Assembly: GCA_045612665.1 (NCBI GenBank)
Contig: JAZKZO010000037.1
Location: 31,051 to 95,050 of the forward strand
DNA from: Eubacteriales bacterium
Lineage (GTDB): Bacteria; Bacillota; Clostridia; Oscillospirales; CAG-272
Length of the DNA: 64,000 nt
Direction of reading: 5' to 3'
The notes beneath the pieces are model-generated. The model saw only the letters and a list, made by a program, of their open reading frames with translations. It was not told the origin of the DNA and ran no database searches. The first letter of the stretch is position 1; each line of letters begins with the position of its first letter. The translations under genes and the position numbers were made by a program. Below, one piece after another: positions 58,112-64,000 of the stretch.

Positions 58112-58112
58112 T

Positions 58113-58595
58113 ATGAAAGCAATAATTACAGGCAGCTTTGATCCTATAACACTCGGACACGTGGAAATTATAAAAAAAGCAAGTGCTTTTTTTGACGAGC
58201 TCTATGTTGTTGCGCTACTAAATGAAAACAAAGAGTACTTATTTTCTCTTGAAGAAAAGAAAGAGCTTATGGAGCTATCCTTAACGGATTTTACAAATGT
58301 AACAGTTGATGCTTATAGTGGCTTGACTGCCGATTATATGCACAATCATGGCATAACAAAGATAGTTAGAGGAATACGAGGAGAAGCCGATAGAGAGTAT
58401 GAAGAAAAGCTTGCTAATGCTATGAAATCATACGACGAAAGCTTCGAAACCATTATGATTGAAAGCGACGACGAATATTCGCATATAAGCTCCACGTTTG
58501 TAAGAGAGTGTCTAAAAAAAGGACAAGATTTGGACGGTATAGTTCATAAAAACGCGAAAAAAAGAATTGTTGAAATATACAACTCCAAAAACTAA
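58113..58595 (+). CDS. coaD: Pantetheine-phosphate adenylyltransferase
   Basis: GSFDPITLGH and ISSTFVRE motifs. Confidence 0.9.
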   Translation: MKAIITGSFDPITLGHVEIIKKASAFFDELYVVALLNENKEYLFSLEEKKELMELSLTDFTNVTVDAYSGLTADYMHNHGITKIVRGIRGEADREYEEKLANAMKSYDESFETIMIESDDEYSHISSTFVRECLKKGQDLDGIVHKNAKKRIVEIYNSKN

Positions 58596-58626
58596 AAAAA
58601 GCAGGTTTTAACACCTGCTTTTTCTT
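58594..58626 (+). terminator. Terminator after coaD
   Basis: AGCAGGT/ACCTGCT stem followed by a T-run. Confidence 0.8.
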
Positions 58627-58685
58627 TTCTTATAAGGCGAAAAATAATAAAAAATAAAAAAATTCAAAAAAATTTCAAAAAACTA

Positions 58686-58714
58686 TTGCATTTTTTTTGC
58701 ATATAGTATATAAT
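58686..58714 (+). promoter_or_regulatory. dcw/mraZ promoter
   Basis: TTGCAT, 17 nt, TATAAT. Confidence 0.65.
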
Positions 58715-58723
58715 GAGTACATA

Positions 58724-58761
58724 AAAGTGGCGAAAAGTGGAGTAAATACGGAGAAAAGTGG
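58724..58761 (+). promoter_or_regulatory. Probable MraZ operator: three direct AAAAGTGG repeats
   Basis: GTGG occurs at 58727, 58737 and 58758 (spacings 10 and 21 nt, so the repeats share a helical face), just downstream of the predicted transcription start and upstream of mraZ. Confidence 0.6.
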
Positions 58762-58781
58762 AGCGAAAGGAGGAAAACCAA

Positions 58782-59204
58782 ATGCTTTATGGTAGATATG
58801 AGCACACTGTGGATGCTAAAAATAGAATGTTTGTACCTGCAAAGTTTAAAGAAGCGTTGGGTGCATCCTTCAAAGTAACTTACAACGACTTCAATAAATG
58901 CATTCTCGTTTATTCAGATGCTGAATGGGAAAAATACGAGAAAAAAATTTCACAACTGCCATCTTTACAATTTGAAGATTTCATAAGAACCATCTATTCA
59001 AACACCGTAGACGTTCAAGTGGATTCACAGGGAAGAATAATTATTCCTCAGTTTTTGAAGGAAAAGGTTGATATTCAAAAGAACGTGATTGTTATGGGCG
59101 TTGGCTCACACTTGGAAATTTGGTCACAAGAGGTATACGCAGAAAAGCAAAAGTCTGTGGATATGGACAAGATAAAGAATCTTATGATGGAGCTTGGCTT
59201 CTAA
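58782..59204 (+). CDS. mraZ: Transcriptional regulator MraZ
   Basis: MLYGRYEHTVDAKNRMFVPAKF start and two SpoVT-AbrB-like halves (DxxGR repeated). ATG follows an AGGAGG RBS. Confidence 0.9.
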   Translation: MLYGRYEHTVDAKNRMFVPAKFKEALGASFKVTYNDFNKCILVYSDAEWEKYEKKISQLPSLQFEDFIRTIYSNTVDVQVDSQGRIIIPQFLKEKVDIQKNVIVMGVGSHLEIWSQEVYAEKQKSVDMDKIKNLMMELGF

Positions 59205-59213
59205 GAGGAAACT

Positions 59214-60149
59214 ATGGAATTTTCACACTATTCGGTAATGCTAAAAGAGTGTATAGATGCACTTGATATAAAGCCGAACGGAATATACGTTGACTGCACG
59301 GCAGGCGGCGGTGGACATTCCGAGGCAATCCTTGAAAGGCTTGATAGTGGAAAGCTTATTTCACTTGACCAAGATGACGAGGCGATTGAAACCTGCAAAA
59401 AAAGGCTCGCAAGATTTGGTGAGCGTTCAATAATAGTAAAAAGTAATTTTTCAGAGCTCGAAAGAGTTCTTAATGAATTAGAAATTGTTCATATTGACGG
59501 AGTCCTAATGGACCTCGGTGTCTCGTCCCATCAACTTGACACCCCGTCGCGTGGGTTCTCGTATAATAGTGACGCAGAGCTAGATATGCGTATGAACCCA
59601 CGCTCTCCTTTCTCCGCATATGATGTAGTAAATACATATAGTGAGCAGGAGCTCAAAAAAATAATCTTTGATTACGGAGAGGAACGATTTGCTCCTCAAA
59701 TCGCAAGAAAGATTGTTTTAGCAAGAGAAGAAAACCCTATAAAAACAACTCTTGAGCTTGCATCAATTATAAAAAACGCGATTCCCGTTGGTGCAGCTAA
59801 GAAGGAATCACAGCATCCGGCAAAGAGAACCTTTCAGGCCATTAGAATAGAGGTTAATCACGAGCTTGATGTTATTACACCTGCTATTGAAACAGCCGTT
59901 TCAAGAATGAATATCGGCGGAAGAATAGCGATAATGACCTTCCATTCCTTGGAAGATAGAATTGTAAAAACAAAATATAACGATTACGCAAAGGCTTGTA
60001 CATGTCCTGCAAATTTCCCTGTATGCGTTTGTGGAAACAAGGCAAAGCTAAAGGTAATCACAAAAAAACCGATTATAGCAAATAATGAAGAATTAAGCGA
60101 AAACGCCCGTTCAAGAAGCGCAAAGCTTAGGGTGGCAGAAAAAATATAA
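59214..60149 (+). CDS. rsmH: 16S rRNA (cytosine1402-N4)-methyltransferase
   Basis: HYSVMLKECIDAL, DCTAGGGGHS and DLGVSSHQLD motifs. Confidence 0.95.
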   Translation: MEFSHYSVMLKECIDALDIKPNGIYVDCTAGGGGHSEAILERLDSGKLISLDQDDEAIETCKKRLARFGERSIIVKSNFSELERVLNELEIVHIDGVLMDLGVSSHQLDTPSRGFSYNSDAELDMRMNPRSPFSAYDVVNTYSEQELKKIIFDYGEERFAPQIARKIVLAREENPIKTTLELASIIKNAIPVGAAKKESQHPAKRTFQAIRIEVNHELDVITPAIETAVSRMNIGGRIAIMTFHSLEDRIVKTKYNDYAKACTCPANFPVCVCGNKAKLKVITKKPIIANNEELSENARSRSAKLRVAEKI

Positions 60150-60172
60150 GTAGAAAATGGAGGATGTTTACT

Positions 60173-60490
60173 ATGTACGGTTCAATAAGAAAAAGCTATG
60201 GTGCAAGAAAGTCATCCTGCGACAATACAAAGAAAGAGCGCAGAATCCTTTTTGGCGCAAAAAAGAAAAATAACGTTGAGGATGATGTTTTCCAAGAAAC
60301 ATCATATATGAATGTAGAGAGTGCTAGATATTCAAAGAATACGAAGCAACAAAGCAACAATCGTTTTCAAGTTGAAAACGACAATAGAAGTAACTCCTCG
60401 AAGAGCGAGTTTCCAATCGCATCAGTAATACTTACAATAGTATTTACTATGATGGTTATGGTTCTTGCATTTGGATTTGGTGGAATTTAA
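60173..60490 (+). CDS. Small tail-anchored membrane protein in the ftsL position
   Basis: Polar, basic and Asn/Ser-rich N-terminal region with a single TM helix at the extreme C terminus. There is no extracytoplasmic coiled coil. ATG 60173 has better RBS spacing than 60164. Confidence 0.5.
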   Translation: MYGSIRKSYGARKSSCDNTKKERRILFGAKKKNNVEDDVFQETSYMNVESARYSKNTKQQSNNRFQVENDNRSNSSKSEFPIASVILTIVFTMMVMVLAFGFGGI

Positions 60491-60492
60491 TT

Positions 60493-60518
60493 AGCGATGC
60501 ATATGCATCGCTTTTTTA
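60493..60518 (+). terminator. Terminator inside the dcw cluster
   Basis: Perfect palindrome AGCGATGCATATGCATCGCT followed by T6. Confidence 0.75.
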
Positions 60519-60540
60519 TTGTTTAAAAAGAAAATTTTTC

Positions 60541-60566
60541 AGCTCTCCTTATGGAGGGCTTTTTTA
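60541..60566 (+). terminator. Second tandem terminator
   Basis: AGCTCTCC/GGAGGGCT stem (one G-U pair) followed by T6. Confidence 0.65.
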
Positions 60567-60616
60567 GTAATATAAATTTTAAAACAAAATATATATTTTA
60601 CGAGAGGATGGTGTGT

Positions 60617-62854
60617 ATGGAAAAGTTAGGAAATTCATCAAAAATTATCAAAAGAGGGTTAATAGTTATTCTTGTGTTTTTGACAATAGGTGTTTTTGTG
60701 GCTGTGAAATTGTTCAAATTACAGGTGATGGATTATAATTTTTATCAAGAAAATGTAATAGAACAGTTAACAGTTGAAACAAACGTTAATCCATTGCGAG
60801 GAACAATTTATGATGCGAATGGCAGGGTTTTGGCGACCAATAAAACTGTATGGGTGCTGTATCTTTGCCCTAAAAATATAGGAAATCCCGAGATGATAGC
60901 TGAAAATTTGTCTAAAATTACGGGCATAGATATGGATACTATACTTGAAAAGGCCAAAAAAAGAGGTTATAAGTATCAAATTATTCACAATTCGCTTGAT
61001 AAAGACACCTCAAATAAGGTGAGAAAGTTTATAGATGAAAACGGGCTCGAAGAGGAAATAAAATTAAATGCAAGCGCTAAAAGATATTATCCGTATAATG
61101 ATTTGTGCTCACACGCATTAGGGTTTGTAAATGCAGACGGAGTGGGGATTTATGGTCTTGAAAAGACGTATAATAACATATTAGAGGGGACAAACGGCAA
61201 ATACATAACCGCACAAAATGCACAAAGTGGGGATATGCCATTTCAATATGAAACATATATAGAGGATGAAAATGGATATAATTTGGTAACAACTGTAGAT
61301 ACATATATTCAATATCAGCTTGAACTGGTCTTGAGAAATGCTTCAATTGAGTCAGGGGCACAAAATAGAGCCACGGGAATTGTTATGAATCCACAAAACG
61401 GTGCAATATACGCGATGGCTACATATCCGTCATTTGATTTGAATAATCCTTATGAGCTTGATGAGTTATCTAAAAGGAAGCTGTTAGCATATGACGAATC
61501 CGCAAAAGAATATAAAAAGGAATACTTGAATTTGTTATTTTCTATGTGGAACAATAAGGCTGTAACTGAAATTTATGAGCCAGGTTCTACTTTTAAGCTG
61601 GTAACTACCTCGGTTGCGCTCCAAGAAAAGGTAGCCTCACTTGAGAGCGGATTTCATTGTAGTGGTTCGCTTAAAATTGACGGTTATTATAGGGCAATCA
61701 GTTGTCATAAGCGCACAGGACACGGTTCAATCAATTTCGCTCAAGCTTTGCAACAGTCCTGTAATCCATCTATGATGACGTTAGCTATGCGAATTGGAAA
61801 AGCAAGCTTTTATGAGTATTTTGAAATGTTTGGATATACCAAAAAAACGGGAATTGATTTGCCATCCGAAAGTGTGGGGTATTATCATTCTTATGATGAT
61901 TTTTCAAACGTTTCCCTTGCAGTTTATTCTTTCGGTCAGACATTTAAAACAACTGCTATACAACAGCTATGTGCCGTTACCACAATTGCTAATGGCGGAT
62001 ATAGAGTTACACCACATTTCTTAGATAAAATTGTGGACAACGAGGGAAACGTTATTTTTGAATATGAATGTAATAAATCGGAACAAATCGTCGATACCGA
62101 GGTTTGTAATACCATATCAAAAATTTTGAAAGAGGGTGTTGACGGCGCAGGTGGTGCAAAAAATGCTTACGTTGCTGGATATAGTATTGCCGCAAAGACC
62201 GGAACATCCGAAAAAAAGGATAAATATGACGAAAATGGAAACACGCCGTTTAGAGTTTCGTCTTGTGTTTCGTATGCACCGTCTGAAAATTCACAGGTTG
62301 CTGTAATTATAATAGTTGATGAGCCGACGATAGGAAGCAAATATGGAAGCGTTGTGGCAGCACCGTATGCATCTAATTTAATGGAATTGATTTTGCCATA
62401 TTTGGGCATTGAGGCAGAATATAGCGAGCTTGATGAGGAACATAAGCAGATAACAGTGGGAGATTATACGTCAAAAACTGTTGATGAAGCTATAAAAAAG
62501 CTTACAAACGATGGTATAAAGTACGAAATTATAGGTGATGGAGATACTGTCCTTTCGCAAATTCCGTTAAAGGGTAGCAACATATATATAAAAGAAGGAA
62601 AGGTTTTACTATATACTGTTAGGGATTATCAAGAAAACATAACGTTGGAGGTGCCAAATGTTATTGGAAAGACTCCAGAGGAGGCAAATTTAATTCTTTA
62701 TAATTCTGGTTTTAACATAAAAATAGAGGGAGCTATGAATTTTAGCGTGAGTCAAGGGGCTAAGATTACTTATCAGTATCCGGCTGCAGGAAGCCTTATT
62801 AGACGCGGGGAAGTTGTAACCATAAAGATTATTTACACAAACGAAAAGGAGTAA
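60617..62854 (+). CDS. Class B penicillin-binding protein with two PASTA domains (FtsI/SpoVD type)
   Basis: N-terminal TM helix, a PBP dimerisation domain, a transpeptidase domain with STFK, SCN and KTGT motifs, and two C-terminal PASTA repeats. Confidence 0.9.
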   Translation: MEKLGNSSKIIKRGLIVILVFLTIGVFVAVKLFKLQVMDYNFYQENVIEQLTVETNVNPLRGTIYDANGRVLATNKTVWVLYLCPKNIGNPEMIAENLSKITGIDMDTILEKAKKRGYKYQIIHNSLDKDTSNKVRKFIDENGLEEEIKLNASAKRYYPYNDLCSHALGFVNADGVGIYGLEKTYNNILEGTNGKYITAQNAQSGDMPFQYETYIEDENGYNLVTTVDTYIQYQLELVLRNASIESGAQNRATGIVMNPQNGAIYAMATYPSFDLNNPYELDELSKRKLLAYDESAKEYKKEYLNLLFSMWNNKAVTEIYEPGSTFKLVTTSVALQEKVASLESGFHCSGSLKIDGYYRAISCHKRTGHGSINFAQALQQSCNPSMMTLAMRIGKASFYEYFEMFGYTKKTGIDLPSESVGYYHSYDDFSNVSLAVYSFGQTFKTTAIQQLCAVTTIANGGYRVTPHFLDKIVDNEGNVIFEYECNKSEQIVDTEVCNTISKILKEGVDGAGGAKNAYVAGYSIAAKTGTSEKKDKYDENGNTPFRVSSCVSYAPSENSQVAVIIIVDEPTIGSKYGSVVAAPYASNLMELILPYLGIEAEYSELDEEHKQITVGDYTSKTVDEAIKKLTNDGIKYEIIGDGDTVLSQIPLKGSNIYIKEGKVLLYTVRDYQENITLEVPNVIGKTPEEANLILYNSGFNIKIEGAMNFSVSQGAKITYQYPAAGSLIRRGEVVTIKIIYTNEKE

Positions 62855-62856
62855 AA

Positions 62857-64000
62857 ATGAGGCTTAATGAACTTTTAAAAGGTGTCAAGGTGATTTCTTC
62901 AAAGATCTCTGTTGACACTGAGATTGAAAAGCCATGCTCGGATTCTCGAAAATGCATAAAAAACAGCGTTTTTATAGCTATAAATGGCGAAAATAGAGAC
63001 GGGAATGAATATATTGATGAGGCATTAAAAAACGGGGCTATATGTATAGTTACAGACAAAAAAGACGTATATATAAAGCACAAAAATTGTATTTTGGTTA
63101 AAAATTCAAGAAGCGCAAGCGCCTATATGTGGAGTAATTATTATAAATTTTCTTCTTTAAACATGAAAATTATAGGAATAACCGGGACAAATGGAAAAAC
63201 CTCGTGTGCATATTTTTTATACAACATTTTGAAAAAAGCCCATAAGAAAGTAGGGTTAATTTCAACCATAGAGTGTTTAATAAACGATAAAAGGTTGGAT
63301 ATAAACGGTGGCGGAGAGGTGCTCGATATAGCTTCGGCAATGACCACTCCCGATCCTGAGATTTTATATTATATCTTTTCGAAAATGAGAGAGAACGCCA
63401 TTGAGTTTGTAGTTATGGAGGTGTCTTCACACGCCTTAGAACTACGCAAGGTAGAACCGATAGATTTTTCGTGTGCCATTTTCACTAATTTATCATCTGA
63501 GCATCTTGATTTTCATAAAAATATGGAGTCTTATTTCAATTCAAAGAAAAGGCTTTTTGAAAAGAGTAGCGTGGCAATAGTAAATACGGATGACGAGTAC
63601 GGAAAACAACTTTTGGCGGGGGGAGTGTGCGATTTTTGCACTGTTTCTAGCCTTTTACAAGGAGATTTTTGTATTGAAAAGGCAGATGCATCAATGAAAG
63701 GAACGAGGTATTTGTTAAAATATGCTCAAAAGGAAGTAGAGGTTTATACAAAAATAATTGGAAAATATAACATATTCAATTCTGCACTTGCATTTGCATG
63801 CGCTACGATTCTCGGAATAAAAGAAAACGATGCTTTGAAAGGTATAGCTTCCTTGAATTGCATTCCTGGAAGAATGGAAAGTTTAGGAGAAGGTGTTTTT
63901 GTTGATTACGCACACACTCCTAAGGCTTTTGAAAATGTTTTGGGGTCTTTAAGAGATTTTGCCCACCACGGGCGAATTATAGCTCTTTTTGGGTGTGGGG
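62857..64000 (+). CDS. murE: UDP-N-acetylmuramoyl-L-alanyl-D-glutamate--2,6-diaminopimelate ligase (3' end outside the window)
   Basis: Not in the ORF track because no stop lies within the window. My own translation gives MRLNELLKGV...IGITGTNGKTS...VMEVSSHAL...DYAHTP, which is a typical Mur ligase / MurE. Confidence 0.9.
   Translation, partial: MRLNELLKGVKVISSKISVDTEIEKPCSDSRKCIKNSVFIAINGENRDGNEYIDEALKNGAICIVTDKKDVYIKHKNCILVKNSRSASAYMWSNYYKFSSLNMKIIGITGTNGKTSCAYFLYNILKKAHKKVGLISTIECLINDKRLDINGGGEVLDIASAMTTPDPEILYYIFSKMRENAIEFVVMEVSSHALELRKVEPIDFSCAIFTNLSSEHLDFHKNMESYFNSKKRLFEKSSVAIVNTDDEYGKQLLAGGVCDFCTVSSLLQGDFCIEKADASMKGTRYLLKYAQKEVEVYTKIIGKYNIFNSALAFACATILGIKENDALKGIASLNCIPGRMESLGEGVFVDYAHTPKAFENVLGSLRDFAHHGRIIALFGCG

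Noticed and set aside
1-64000. A window-wide scan for CRISPR arrays, tandem or interspersed repeats, IS elements, integrases, toxin-antitoxin pairs, restriction-modification systems or other defence systems.
   Set aside because: None was recognised. Every gene over 100 aa except a handful (147-422, 19512-20036, 40819-41988, 45215-45616, 49258-50211, 60173-60490) has a clear housekeeping or family assignment. No repeated spacer-like periodicity was seen.

Overview
This looks like chromosomal core DNA from a low-GC, spore-forming Firmicute of the Clostridia type, probably a gut anaerobe. About 58 tightly packed protein genes, one tRNA and several cis-regulatory RNAs are supported. In order: spmA-spmB; a GH95 fucosidase and a class IV aminotransferase; a ZTP-riboswitch-controlled purE-purF-purM-purN-purO-like-purH-purD-purL operon; serC-serA-DUF1015; tRNA-Leu(CAG); ppa; spoIIAA-spoIIAB-sigF; phosphoesterase-GH20-DUF368; SAM-riboswitch metK; recD2-comFC; fucU; a riboswitch-like leader with a CaCA antiporter and a Na/Pi-PhoU transporter; ackA divergent from tmcAL; DUF378; sigK; DUF512-der-plsY-methyltransferase; a hydrolase; luxS-mtnN; a small AT-rich islet (unknown ORF plus XRE/TPR regulator); trmH-prfB; DUF3006 plus Nudix-like/GNAT; T-box ileS; glyQS; ptsH; uvrC-rsmD-coaD; and the start of the dcw cluster (mraZ-rsmH-small membrane ORF-PBP-murE, truncated at the window end). 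I found no rRNA, CRISPR, transposase, integrase, phage or recognisable defence genes, and no convincing novel multi-gene system. The most unusual observations are: (1) a PurF lacking the Cys1 nucleophile and the oxyanion Asn; (2) an ORF behind a near-consensus promoter whose conserved-looking N-terminal part has no canonical start and lies across an A7 tract from an out-of-frame ATG; (3) DUF1015 embedded in a serB-less serine operon; (4) a yybP-ykoY-like leader in front of a CaCA antiporter; (5) a degenerate-Nudix/GNAT fusion; (6) an FtsL-position gene with no ectodomain, followed by two terminators. All calls come from reading the sequence and from remembered family motifs; no searches were run.
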